A stretch of 64,000 bases of DNA from contig MU056434.1 of NCBI GenBank assembly GCA_013239625.1, positions 868,001 through 932,000 of the forward strand, read 5' to 3'. The translations under genes were made by a program, and so were the position numbers. The DNA comes from Lama guanicoe. Lineage: Eukaryota. Below the pieces are notes generated by a model. The model saw nothing but the letters and a program-made list of their open reading frames with translations. It ran no database searches and was not told the DNA's origin. Numbering within the stretch: position 1 is the first letter of the stretch; each line of letters opens with the position of its first letter. Shown here in pieces: positions 1 to 12,479 of this stretch.

Positions 1-59
1 GGGATTATGTCCACTCTTTTGGTCTTTTGGGGAGAAGTGTCACCCTGACCACATCAAGT

Positions 60-420
60 GTCCCTTCCTTTATTTAGACCTGCCTGATCCAGTTAGATTG
101 TTCCTCAGCACACACGTCTTTCCTATAGCGTTTTCCTAAAAGTTTTAAAAGTCATTCAGTGCTGTTGTAAATGATTGTTTAAATTCTTATCTTCCAGTTC
201 TTGCTGATGTTAACTTATTAGCTCTAGAGGATTTTTTTTTTTTTTGAGATCCCTTTTGGATTTTCTTCATACACAATTCTGTCGCGTAAAAATAGGGACA
301 GTTTCACTTCTTCCTGATCTTTGCTTGTTTTCTTCTACTGTTATAACTTACTACTGTTATAAAAATAGCATTTTAGTTACAGCCATTTTTACTCTGGTCT
401 TCCAGTAAAATGACCTTCTA
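60..420 (-). mobile_element. Degraded LINE-1 fragment (partly duplicated in 536-745)
   Basis: T-rich sequence with an L1-antisense-like motif (aaatagggacagtttcacttcttcc), atypical of the GC-rich flanks. Confidence 0.5.
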
Positions 421-860
421 GTCTCAGGAGACTCCCTCATGGCCCCTCTGCAGGGGCCCTTGGCTGTGGAGGGTTGTAGCCGGCGGGCTCCTAATGAAGG
501 GCCCACCCAGGCACTGGGATGTGTTGTGCAGGGGACTGATGTTATTAGCTCTAGAGGATTTTTTTTTTTTTGAGATCCCTTTTGGATTTTCTTCATACAC
601 AATTCTGTCGCGTAAAAATAGGGACAGTTTCACTTCTTCCTGATCTTTGCTTGTTTTCTTCTACTGTTATAACTTACTACTGTTATAAAAATAGCATTTT
701 AGTTACAGCCATTTTTACTCTGGTCTTCCAGTAAAATGACCTTCTAGTCTCAGGAGACTCCCTCATGGCCCCTCTGCAGGGGCCCTTGGCTGTGGAGGGT
801 TGTAGCCGGCGGGCTCCTAATGAAGGGCCCACCCAGGCACTGGGATGTGTTGTGCAGGGG
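204..860. repeat. Near-perfect direct tandem duplication (copy 1 204-534, copy 2 536-860)
   Basis: The copies match except for a 5-nt indel (ctgatgtta[actta]ttag) and a T-run of 14 versus 13. The ORF track shows duplicated peptides (357-602 and 683-898). Confidence 0.95.
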
Positions 861-1053
861 CCCAGGGCCCACCACGCAACAGCTCCTGGGGCTCCCATGG
901 GCCTCAGATGTCATTGTTGGGCGAGGGTCTCTCCCACATACCCCTGTGGAGTTCCAGCCCCCGTTCCACAGCCAGGGCTGCTGGGCTGAGCCTGCGTGTC
1001 CCCAGGATGTGGGCAACAGGGTGGGACTGGAGGTAACACTGTCCTGTGCTCAG

Positions 1054-4000
1054 GGCTCGACATGGAGGAGGGCAAGGAAGGCGGCACGTGGCTGGGCATC
1101 AGCACGCGGGGGAAGCTGGCGGCTCTCACCAACTACCTGCAGCCCCGGCTGGACCGGGACGCCCGGGGCCGAGGTACATGGGGCTGGGTGGGCGGGAGGG
1201 TGGCGGGGAAGAGGGCATGGTTCCAGGGCCCTGGCTGGCCACACTGGGAGCCACCCTCGGCCTGGTCATGTGACTCCCACCTTTGGCCGCGGCGTCACTC
1301 CTGACTATTGTGTCGTTGTCCCCCACCTGTCCAGTGGACACTGTCCCCACTGAAGACCTGTCCTCTGTGCTGGACTTCGACGTGGGGGCATAACATGGGG
1401 GAAAACTGTCAATGCCCAACAAAAACGGAGTTCCTGGTGCCCACCTCCCTAGCTGCTGGGTCAGTGTGGCGGGGTGGCTGGCCTCGGGGAACTGTCGGTC
1501 TCCCCGGGAGAGGGGCTCAGCCCCGCTGCCCTGGACATGGGTGTCTGTCTCCTGCCATAGGTGAGCTTGTGGCCCAGTTTCTGACCACTGATATGGACAG
1601 CCTGACCTACCTGAAGAAGGTCTCGGCGGAGGGCCACCTGTACAACGGCTTCAACCTCATAGCAGCCGACCTGAGGTGGGTCCACCAGGCGCTGCTCAGG
1701 CCTGGGTCGCAGCTCAGCAGGCAGCGGGGAGCCATGGCGTCTGTGGCAGACCCTCCAGGGATGCCACTCCTGGTGGGCTGGGTGAGCGTCCCTGGTCCAG
1801 CCCCTCCCAGACGCACTGGCGGGGGGGACTTGGGCAGCAGAGCTGAGGTGGGGGCTGCCCCCCCCACACTCCATGACTGCATGAGGGCTGTTGGCTCCTG
1901 CTATGAGAGCCAGAGCAGGACTGTGCTGGGCCGTCTCCCCAGGTCTCCTCCCCGAGTCTGTGGCTGGGGTCCCTAGTCTCTGGTGGACAGAGGTGTCCCA
2001 GCTAGAGAACCTGGCCCACATGGTATTCAGTGCTGCTGAGTGCTGGGTCCCACAGTGGTGTCCCCAGGGGGTCCATCCGAGTGGGTGCCAGGCTCACAGC
2101 AGGTTCTGGGAGGTCTCGGCTCCCAGGACCCTTCTGGAGATGCCAGGGAACACAGAGCTGCCCAAGCCACCCTCTGTTGCCAGCAGACTTGGGGGTGGGG
2201 CAGACAGGCGAGCAGGGCAGGAGAGGGTGGAGGGTCCTGTCGTTAGGGCTGGAGGAGCGGGCCCCAACGGGAGCATGGGTCCTGGAGCCTCAGGGGCACC
2301 TGTGCTGGGGGAGAGGTTCAGGAGTCAGGTTGCTGGGACCCTGAGGGGGCCAGGGCCATGTAGGGATGCCGCAGTCGGGGTGTTGGCAGGTCCGTGCAGG
2401 GCATACAGAGAGGTGCGGCAGGCCATGGATGCTCAGCAGCTCCCAGGCCCACCCACTGTCCGCACCTCTGCATGCAGACTCTGCGCCTCCACTCGGGCAC
2501 CCTGTGTGCCTGGCGCTCTTAAGTTCAGACAGGCAGGTGACAGGCAAGGCTCCTGCTGGTGGCCACCAGGCTGGGAGGGACACCTGCTGGCAGCACTCGC
2601 ATCACAGGTTCCGGGCACTGGCTGGCTGTCTTTGCGCCGTGCCCTGACTTCTCAGGGCACATTTGCCTCTGCAGCTCCAGGGCCTGGGCCCTGGCCACTC
2701 ACAGCTGTGCCCTCCATGGCAGCCTCCGACCCAGGGCTGGCTAAGGGGGCCCACCTCCTGCTGCAGATACAAGCCCCCAGGCGAGGTGACTGCCAGTGCC
2801 TGGGAGGTTGGCAGGAGTCACTCAGGGCCCTCGTCTCCTGGGCAGCACCCCAGGGCCTGCACCCAGGGCTGCTGGTCAGATGCTGGTGGGTGGTGGCGGG
2901 TGATGGGGACAGGGTACGTCTGCACACAGGTAGGGGCTGCTGTGGGTGGTCCCCGCGCACACGGCCTGACTGGTCAGGGGCAGGAGGGGCAGTGCTATGG
3001 CCAGGAAGGGTGCAGCGAGGCCCTGGCAGGGTGTCTACCCCTCTGATACCCAAGGGGGGCTCCTGGACTGGAAAGAGTCCATCTTTAGCTTACAGGAAAG
3101 GCAATCCAATTTGCAGTGGAGAGATTTACTGTGATGTTTAGGAATTGAAACACTTTCAGCTCTGGAGCACTTTAAACTGATTTAAGTGCACACTTAGCAT
3201 GTGAAGGTCTGAAAACATCTCCAGCTCTGTGTTCAGAAGCCTCAGTCACCCCGGGGGCACCCATCCCATCCATGGGCGCTCAGCAGTGAGCATGGGTGTG
3301 GGGGCTGCAGCCTCGCGAGGAGACGTGGGCATTCGTGGGGACAGTTGTCACCATAGGCAGCCTCGAGTGCCTACACCTGGGGGCGTTCAGCAAGGCAGGA
3401 CAGTCTGTTAGATGCTGCCACTCCCAGGCCAGTGGTCCCTGCAGTCACCCAGGAGTTGGGAGCCAGGGATACGATGACCCTGCCTGTGAGGCCCTGTCCC
3501 TACAGCAGTGGCTTCCAGCCTCTTGCTGCCACCAGCAGTGGTGCCGGGGCCCGGGCTGTGGAGGTCGTGGGGTGGCGACAGGGCAGGACACCCTGAGGCT
3601 CCTGGCTGACCCTTTCTCCCCTCTGGTCTGCAGCACAGAGAAGGGAGATGTTGTTTGTTACTATGGAAACCGGGGGGATCCCGAGCCTGTCGTCCTGGCA
3701 CCAGGTGAGCCTGCAGGGTGGGTAGCACCGGGTGGGGACACCGGCACTGCTCAGGGACTAGGTGCTGCTGAATTTCTCCCCTGGGATGTGCCAGATGGCC
3801 TGTAGCGACCGAGGCTCACTCGATACATGTCAGGCTGCCCTTTCCCAGCACCCAACCCACAGCTGTCTGGGGAGAACTAGAGACTAGAAGGCTGAGTATG
3901 CAGAGGACCCCCCACCCAATTCTGTGTGCTGGCCAGTGGCCCTTGTGGAAGTATCTGGAAACCACCCCCATGATGCCCTCAGTTGTGACTGGAGATACTG

Positions 4001-7000
4001 GTTTTCTGCCAAGTCACTGGAAGAGATTCTTTTCAATTACATCCTATTGTTTCGTCCCTGAGCCTGCCCCTCCTGGTCCATGTCTTTTTTTTTTTTTTTC
4101 AGTAACAGCTCTATTGAGGTATATATATATTTAAAACATGCCACCCAGTTCACCCATTTAAGTGTGCCCTTCAGTAGTTTTTAGTTTATTCACAAAGTGG
4201 TACAACTATCACCAAAATCTAATTCCAGAACGTTTTTATCACCTTAAGAGGAACCTGCATCCACTGACCCTGGCGGTTATTCCCCGTCTCCCTGCCTCCG
4301 GCGCCTGGAAACCAGTGATCCACTTTCTGTCTCTGGATTTGCCCTTTCTGCACATTTTATAGAAATAGTCTCAGACACTACGTTGCCTTTTGCATCTGGC
4401 TTCTTTCGCTTTGTGTCTTGCTTTCAAGGTTCACCCGTGTGGTAGCACGTATTATGGCTTCATTTCTTTTTTGTTTTTAATTTTTTAAAATTCTTTTTTT
4501 GGGGGTAGTTAGGTTTATTTATATATTTTTTTAACGGAGATACTGCGGACTGAAGCCAGGACCTCATGTATGCCGAGCATGCGCTCTACCGCAGGGCTTT
4601 ACCCCCACCTTCATCCCTTTTTATGGCTGAGAAATATTCCACCATGTGGATGTCCTGCCTTTTGTTTATCCATCATCTGTTAATGGACACTAGGGTTGTT
4701 TCCACCTTTTGGCTGTTGTGGAAAATGCTGCCATAAACATTTGTTACAAGTTTTTGTGTGGAAACATGTTTTCATCCCCCTTGTGCACATACCCAGGGGT
4801 GGAGTTGCTGGATCCTAAGATCACTGTTTAACCTTTTGAGGACTTGCCAGACTGTTTTCCAAGGCAGCTGTGCTGTTTTATCTCCCTACCGGCAACTTAC
4901 GAGATTCCAGTTTCTCCACATCCTTGCCAATACTTGTCATCATCTGACTTTCTGATTACAGCCATCCTANNNNNNNNNNNNNNNNNNNNNNNNNNNNNNN
5001 NNNNNNNNNNNNNNNNNNNNNNNNNNNNNNNNNNNNNNNNNNNNNNNNNNNNNNNNNNNNNNNNNNNNNNNNNNNNNNNNNNNNNNNNNNNNNNNNNNNN
5101 NNNNNNNNNNNNNNNNNNNNNNNNNNNNNNNNNNNNNNNNNNNNNNNNNNNNNNNNNNNNNNNNNNNAAATATAAGTCTCTTATCAGATACCTGATTTGT
5201 AAATATTTTCTCTCATGCTATGAGTTTATTCACTTTCTTGTTGGTCTTTTGAACCACATCATTTTACAATTCGGTGAAGTCTAATTTATGTATGTTTTCT
5301 TTTGTTGCTTGTGCTTTTGGCATCACATCTAGGAACACATTGCCTAATCTAATGCAGCTTTTCCTGTTTTCTTCTAAGAGTTTCATGGTTTTAGCTCTTA
5401 TGCTCAGGTCTTTGGCACATTTTTGAACAGACTCTCCTGAGTGGTGTGAGGTAGGGGTCCCGCTCCATTCCTTGCTTGTGGCTACCAGGTGCCTGGTAGA
5501 TACAGCATGGTGATGTGCGTGCTGACGGTGTAGCTGTGCGGCCCCTGCAGAGCCAAGTGACTGGAGTCAGGCCACACGTGGCCAGTTTCCTCCCCTGTAG
5601 TCTGGCAGCAGCAGAGGGTGGCGGCTCCCGTCCTTGGTGTGTCTTTCAGGCTGGATGACTCCAGTTTACTGCCCCTGCTGCCCTTATGGCCCCTGAGAAG
5701 CCCCTCTTCTCCAGGGGCGTCTGCTCTGCCTGACATATCATGCCTTCTGTTGACCTGCTGAGACCCTCCAGCTCCCCCAGCCAGGGTCCAGCCAGCGGGC
5801 AGAGGTGGGCATGGGGTGTCTCAGTGTTGGTGGGCTCCCTGACAGCCAGCTGATGTGGGCAGGCGCCCTTTTGGCCTCAGGCTGCTGATGCTTCCAACCT
5901 CGACCTTCTCAGGTGGACCCACACCTGGCAGCTTTCCTTGCTGAGAGATGGAGTGGGGAGGGGTATCCTTCTTGGGTGCCCCTTCCTTCACCCGGCCAGA
6001 TTTCGGGTTCTTTATTCCCATCACCTCTCCCTTGAGGCCCCATGGTGTCTCCTATAGACGTTGGGCACCATGAGTTCTCAGGATGCTTGTAGAGAAGGTG
6101 CCAGAGGGTGGGGCCGCCTGGCCTCAGTGCCCCTCAGCCAGCGTTGCGGGGCCTGTGCACTGGCCGAGCTGACCCCTCCTCACAGGGACCTACGGGCTGA
6201 GCAATGCGCTGCTGGAGACGCCCTGGAGGAAGCTGTGTTTTGGGAAGCGGCTCTTCCTGGAGGCTGTGGAGCGGAGCCAGGCGCTGCCTAAGGAAGCCCT
6301 CGTGGCCCAGCTCCTGGATGTGCTCAACAATGAGGAGGCGTGAGTGGGTGTGCCCCCCACCAGCTGGCTCTGAGAGCTGACTCTGTCCTTCCCCAGCTCG
6401 GAGCCCACAGGTGCTCGTGTTCCCAGGTCCTGGGGAAGTTCCTGGTGGCCCTGGCACAGGGACTGGTTTGGCGATCGCTGTCCTGTGTCCTCGGCCCAGC
6501 AATGGGGTCCTAAGTAGAGGGCTGGATGGAGGCCCTAGGCCTTGCCTGGAAAGTGCACGGAGCACCTGTGTTCCCCCAGCCACCTTCCAGGGCGCCATGG
6601 GGCTGATGGGCAATGGCGGGTAGGTGGGGGCGGCCAGCGGCGACCCCTCCGATGCCCTTCCAGGCAGCTGCCGGACCCGGCCATCGAGGATCAGGGCAGG
6701 GAGTACGTGCAGCCCATCCTCAGCAAGTACGCGGCTGTGTGCGTGCGTGGCCTGGACTACGGCACCAGGTGTGATAGGTGGGCCCAGGGCATCTCGACCA
6801 TCCCCTGAAGAACCACCTTCCCCAGCTCCCCTGCAGCCTCCCCTGTCTACAAGCAGCTGCCATTTCAGCCCTGGGGCCGTGGGACGAGCAGACCCATAGT
6901 TAATGGTCACGTGCAGAATGCACACCGGCTCCTAGGGCGCTGGAGGTTGGGCAGAAGGCTCCTGGCCCTCCCCCAGCCCCTACAGAGCCCAAGAGGCCAG

Positions 7001-8180
7001 GACGGCATTGGCATGCTGGTGTCAGCAAATCCCTGTGGCCCAGGGATCCCACTGCCGGATCTTCCCCTCTTGCCCTACATGACTGTGACTGCAGGGGGGC
7101 CTGTGTGACCAGGATCTCAGCCTGGGGACGTTACCTCACCCCAGGAGAGGGGCGGCACTGGTCTCCCCTGCAGGATGAGGAAGCTGGGAGGGAGAGGTCG
7201 TCATCTACACAGCGGGGGTGTCTGCTGTCCCGGCAAGGTCCCACCTGCCTCTCCCTCCCTGGCGGTCGAGGAGTGCTGTGCGTGGCTCCTCCGAGGGCAG
7301 CCCAGTGCTGTTCTGAGGTGGCTGGGATGCACAGAGGGGGAGTGGTCCGGCTACCTGGCCTGGAAGAGATGGTGGCCTCCTTGCATGGCCACGTCTGCTT
7401 TGGCTTGGCTGTCCCAGGCTCCTGGGTGCCAGCCTTGTGCTGGGCTGGGGACCTGCAGCAACTGTGACATTCAGCCTGGCCCTCGGTGCCAACATTGCCG
7501 AGGACTCAGGCAGGGTCCTCGGCTGTGACAAGTGCCGGCCGATGCCAGGGCGATGTCATAGCTGTGCCTGGTCTCTGGGTTCAGTGGGCTGAGTGTCAGC
7601 GGGCGCAGCCCTTCTGTTCCTGTGGGTGGGAGTGATTGGGCTTTCCCTCCAGGCGACCTGGCTAAGGGCGAGGGCGAGGGCAGGGGGTGGGCGTGGGTAG
7701 CCCTCCATCCTCCAGGAAATGAGAGCTTCACGTCCTCTGTGTGTGGGAGGGGGTGGGGGATGGCAGGCAGGGCCAGCGTGATGTGTGTGGCCTTTCCTGA
7801 TGGCTTTCAGGGCCAGCCAGGGAGCTCCATGCCCCACAGGCTCAGGGCCCAGACACCCAAGAGGGGCCCATCCAGTCCCCGAAGCTGAGGCCACTGCTCA
7901 CTTGTGACCCACCGTAAGCTAGGCCAATGCCGAGCAAGACCCCAGGGGTGGTGGGTTTGCCCCTTCTGCCTGGGATTTGACTCCATCTGGGGCTCTGAGC
8001 GGTGTGCTGAGCGCCATGCTGAGCGCCATGGGCTGAATGTAGGCCATGCTCTCTTCCAGAACCAACACCGTCATCCTCGTGGATGCTGATGGGCACGTGA
8101 CTTTCACAGAGCGCAGCATGCTGGGCACGGACCCCTCCCGCTGGGAGACCAGCACCCATGAGTTCAGGCTGAAGAGCTAA
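1054..8180 (+). CDS. TANGO2: Transport and Golgi organization 2 homolog, 5'-partial; coding exons 1054-1173, 1561-1675, 3634-3704, 6186-6339, 6664-6768, 8060-8180 (stop TAA)
   Basis: The exons translate to [43 protein letters not shown]...[55 protein letters not shown]...YGTR and [20 protein letters not shown]. All have AG/GT boundaries with compatible phases (120, 115, 71, 154, 105, 121 nt). The N-terminal exons lie upstream of the window. Confidence 0.97.
4471..4608 (-). mobile_element. tRNA-derived SINE of the camelid Vic-type family
   Basis: The reverse complement reads gggggtaaagccctgcggtagagcgcatgctcggcatacatgaggtcctggcttcagtccgcagtatctcc...aaataaacctaactacccccaaaaaaa: degenerate A and B boxes plus an A-rich tail. 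It is flanked by an imperfect TSD, cttcatttctttt (4458-4470) and cttcatccctttt (4609-4621). Confidence 0.8.
4970..5167. other. Assembly gap (198 N)
   Basis: Run of N inside the L1. Confidence 1.
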
Positions 8181-8874
8181 GCTGCCCCCAGGTGTGGCCA
8201 GGGACTACTGGAAGGCCCTGCCATGTGTACTGCCTGCGACTCAGCCAGCTTCCTCCAAGGGCCAGCGCCCTCCGACTGATGTGAAGTGTCTCTGTCCCCG
8301 TGTCTAGCTCTGGTCTACCCTTCTGCCCATGGGGGTGAGAGTCCCATGGGCAGGTCTGGGGCAGGCCCAGGTGTGCTGTGCTTCACCCTGGCCTGTACAC
8401 AGAGGTGCATGCACAGGCACACCTACAGGTACATGGGGACACACGCACACACTCCTGGATGTACACACCCACTTGGGCCACAACGCAGAGGTGTGTGCTC
8501 ACCCACATGTGCTTCTGGCCAGTAAGTCTTGCTATGATCAAAACAGTAAGGGTGGACTTCTGTTTCAAAGTGGCCTCTCGTCTCTGGGGCGTAGCCCAGT
8601 TCCTGACAGCCAGACCTGCTCCTGGAGAGGAGACAGGCCACATCTGGAATGAGGAAGAAGGAAAACATTCTCCACAGCAGAAGCACAGCTCGGTTGGTGT
8701 GTCCAGAGGCTCTGCGTGTGCTGGGGGTCCTGTGCGTGTTGGGATAGTTTGCTTGCCTGTCAGGCTTGCTGGTTCTGGGCAGGCCACCTCAGTGAGGGGA
8801 CACAGCTGCCCCAGCTGTTTCCTTCTGGGGACTCAAGCGTCATCGCAATCTGTGCATGAGTGTGAGGCACCGAT

Positions 8875-8880
8875 AATAAA
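8875..8880 (+). terminator. Candidate polyadenylation signal of TANGO2
   Basis: AATAAA about 700 nt after the TANGO2 stop; the first canonical hexamer I saw in the 3' UTR. Confidence 0.65.
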
Positions 8881-9780
8881 GCTCTGAGGCCACGGTGACA
8901 GGACGATCAGGCTGCTGTGCAAGGGCTCAGGGGCTGCTCTCCTGGCCTGTGGGAACTCCCAGGGCACAGACCCTGGTGCAAGGCTCTTTCCACTCCTCAT
9001 TTTGCTCACGGCTCCTGTGTACCACGATGGAAGCCCGAGGGTCTGTCAGCCTGTCCCTCTTCTGTCTCTGGGCAGAGACTAGGGTGCACGGGACATGGTA
9101 GGTGGTGGTTACCTCCTGAGCTGGGCCAAGGAGCCAGGACTTCATCTGGTGGAAGGACAGGTGGAAACCGGGGCCCCCGAGGGAGCAGTGTGGTCAAGCC
9201 TGCACTCAGGGTGGAGCCCCGAGGCCAGGGGATGGCAGGAAGGGCTGGAATTCAAGGTAAGAGGGCAAACCACTTGCCCCCTGGTTTGGGGCAGACGCTC
9301 TGGCATTCCTGTTCCCAGCTGGGGTGGAGCATTTAGGGTTCCTGCGTCTCTCCCCTCTGCCCATCCAACGCCCTCCTTGGGCTACTTTGAACTCAGAAGA
9401 AAAGTGCTTGTGCACAGCCAGGCTTCACGGGGGCTCTTGGTGTGCTTCAGCCGAGGCCCCTGGGCCCCCACAGGTCCAGCTGAGCCACGACAAGCCAGGC
9501 TTCCAGCTCCAGCACCGCCAACGCCCATTATCCGCCTCAGCAGGCCACTCCTGTCACAGACCAGGTCCCCACACCAGCAACCACCCTGGCCAGGCATGTC
9601 TGCCCTTGGGGGGCACCCCTGGGATGGGTGCACCTGAAGAGCCTTCCAGATGTTTGCCTCTGCCCCAGGGCCCGGCCTGCCCAGGGAGAGCTTCTCCATA
9701 CTTGTCATGGGCCTCTCTGCCCCCGCCCATCCCCCAGGTTGGATCCCACGAAGAAGGGGCAGCCCAGGATGTAGTTCTGT

Positions 9781-10153
9781 TGCTGTGGGTTGAGTTGTGC
9801 CCCTCTCCAAAAGATACGTTGATCCCAGCCCCCAGTACTTCAAAATGTGACCTCATTAGGGTCTCTCCATAGGTAATCAGGATAAAATAGGATCGTTACA
9901 GTGGGTCCTAATCCAATATGACTGGTGTCCTTGTAAAGAAGAAAATTTGGACACAGGGACAGACAGACATGCAGGCGGACTTCGTGAAGACTGGAGCTGG
10001 GGAACCACCTGGCTGGCAGAGAACCCAGGGAACATCCTTCCAGGACCCTGTGTTACCCTGACCTCAGATGTCCAGCCTCCAGACTGTGAGAATAAATTCC
10101 CTTATTTAAGCCCCTCAGTTGTGGTACTTTGTTAGGGCAGCCCGAGCCAAATA
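9781..10153 (+). mobile_element. Solo LTR, ERVL-MaLR MLT1 family
   Basis: Starts tgctgtgggttgagttgtgcccc; internal cctaatccaatatgactggtgtccttgtaaagaag; end ccagcctccagactgtgagaataaattcc...tgtggtactttgttagggcagccc. These are all MLT1 hallmarks. Confidence 0.85.
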
Positions 10154-10379
10154 AAAAAAAAATTGTGGCCTCTGTACACACTAGGAAACTCAGGCTGAGG
10201 AAGACACCTCAGTGTACCTCAGTCCCCAGGCAGGCAGGGAGGCAGAGCCCTGAAGCCAGGAGGGAACAGGATGAGGACAAGACAGACCTCGGAGTCCTCC
10301 CACGCTGGGTTCACCCTGCTGCCTGGACCCCGTCCCACCTTCACCTCACTTGCCCCTGCTCATGGCCATGTTTTCTGAC

Positions 10380-10700
10380 CAGCTGCTGCCCCAGGGCTTT
10401 TGCACGTGCTGTCCCCTCTGCCTGAAGGGCTCCTCCCCCAGACACCCAAATTGTACTCACTCCCTCTCACAACCTGCAGGTCTTTGCTAAAGTCCTGGGG
10501 GAGCCATCCTACCTGGAGGTGCAGTCTTCCCTGCCTTGGTCCCTGCTCTGCTCTGCCCTGTAGCAGTGAGCACTGATAAGCTGTGCATTTTGACTACTTC
10601 TTGTGTGTCCCCCTGTTAAAACAAGAGCTCCAGGAAGTCAGGACCTTTCCTCTCTTGCCTACTGACTTGTGCTGATGCCTAGGCCAGGTAGATGTTTGGA
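10380..10700 (+). mobile_element. LINE-2 3' fragment
   Basis: Contains agggcttttgcacgtgctgtcccctctgcctgaag and a pyrimidine-rich L2-type 3' end. Confidence 0.55.
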
Positions 10701-11559
10701 CCAAGGAAGGCAGTGCTGGTCCTTCCGAAGCCCCATTTACTTAGGCCAATGCCTGGAAGTGAGGCCTGTGCTGTTAGCAGGTTTGGGGACCCAGGGAAGC
10801 TGGTATTTCTGAAAGTGCCTTTGACATGCCACACAGGAAGGTCTCTGCTTGTCACCAGGTGCATCCGATCCCTGACTCCCTAATGTGGGTCTCTTCTGGG
10901 CAGATGGGGACTCTGCCCCTTCCCAGATGAGCTGCTTTTGCTCTCTGGCTCCACGATGGCTGCAAGGAAGCTGAAGGTGTGGGGCTGGCTGACACAGACC
11001 CAAGTCTGTGAGTACACGCAACCAGCCCAGGAATACAGCCTGGCCTCAGCTTCGGGCCTGTCTGCAGAGACCCTGCCAACACCCGGCTCTGGTCTCAGCT
11101 GCTAGCAGGTGGCATCATCCAGGCTTCAGCAGAGACCTAGCTCACGGGTGAGCCAGGCTGAGGTGGAAACATAGCAATCTAGAGGGGTCCTACCCCAGCC
11201 TGGGCTGGAGTTCCAGCTTCCAGGTGTCAATCTTTGTAACTCTGAGGCTGGAGCCAGGTGGGGACGGTGGGGAGGTCCCGTGGTACAGTCCTTGTCTGTC
11301 ACCCAGTTGGTGCCAAGCCAAGTGGAAGCTGGTTGTAGTGTCTTGTGTCAGGGTTTCCATGCATTGGGCAAGGCCAGCAGCTGGTGGGGTCTAGAAGCTG
11401 GACCCTCACAGGACTCGATGACCACTGTGGGGTGCCTGGGGCTGACTCCTGGTGCAGCCTGGCAAGCAGAGGGCAGGCAGGGAGGGAAGGGCTTGGGTAT
11501 ACCTCCACCTTGGTATACCTCCACCACAGGCAGCATCCCCTCCCCCGCCTTTCTTTAAC

Positions 11560-12230
11560 CTTTTCATTGGGAAATGATTTCAACTTGCTACAAACTTGGA
11601 AAAATGGAACAAAGAATCAAATATCCTTCACCCAGTTCCTCCCAACCTTAAAACCTTACCTAACCACAGTAAAATGATTACAATCAGGAAATTAGCATTG
11701 ACTCAATACTAGTAACTAACCTTCACATCTTTTCTGAATTTCATCAACTATCCCGCTAACATCCTTGTCTGAGCTCAAACCCAGTCTGGGGTCTGGATGC
11801 CAGGTGGCACTTGGTTGTGTCCCCTTCCGTCCAAGAGGGCTCCTCGTTTTGTCTTTGACTTGAATGATCTTGACACTTTTGTGGGTAGAAAGGCTTTCAC
11901 GTGGGTGTGCCTGGTCTTCCTTCATGATTAGATTCACACTTTGCCTTTTGGGCTTTAGTCCCCACAAGTGATAATGTCCTCCTCAGGGTCCTCGAAATGT
12001 CCCTTTACTGGCGCCTTTTTCCTTAATTTTTTTGGAGGTATCACTGACACACAATGCGGTATTCGTCTTTTAAGTGTACGAGCTGATGCTTGGATATGTG
12101 CGCCTTTGCTGGTGATCTTGGTCACTTGGTTAAGGTTACCCTCGGGTTATTTCCTGCAGAGTTAACCACCTTCCCTTTGCAGTTAGTGTCTTGAGGGAGA
12201 AACTCTGCAAAACTAACAAAACCCCGCCCG
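11560..12230 (-). mobile_element. Old LINE-1 (L1MC/L1MD-like) 3' fragment
   Basis: AT-rich block with aatatccttcacccagttcctccc, aatcaggaaattagcattgac and gatcttgacactttt motifs. Confidence 0.65.
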
Positions 12231-12479
12231 TTTCTCCTTTTCTGTCCACTCTGAGTAGCGTCCGGGACGTCTGTCTGCAGCAGGCCCTGTGCCCGCCGCT
12301 GACGGAAGACTTTCGTTTCCGTCTTTCCTCGGAGCTGGGTCCCACAGACGTCCCTTCTTCACTTGCTCAGGCCCTTGGCGGAGGCTTCTCGCGCAGGATC
12401 AGCGAACAGAAAAGTGCCAGACAGTTGCGCGCTCTTTTTTTCCCCAATGGTTATGTTTAATGCTTTGAAACGGAATATG

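Larger units (their letters stand above)
4085..5480 (-). mobile_element. Old LINE-1 (L1M-type) 3' fragment, interrupted by a SINE and an N-gap
   Basis: Poly-T head followed by typical antisense L1 3' motifs (ttcacccatttaagtgtg, ttgtttatccatcatctgttaatggacac, ttctccacatccttgccaatacttg). Confidence 0.85.

Noticed and set aside
1891-3141. 416-aa ORF in a TANGO2 intron
   Set aside because: Low-complexity G/A/P/R composition, no recognisable domain and no exon logic; expected in very GC-rich DNA.
8005-8028. 12-bp tandem duplication (tgctgagcgcca)x2 near the last TANGO2 acceptor
   Set aside because: A simple slippage duplication; the acceptor is intact and no function is evident.
11496-11525. Direct repeat ggtatacctccacc x2
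   Set aside because: An isolated short duplication with no array or spacer structure; not CRISPR-like.
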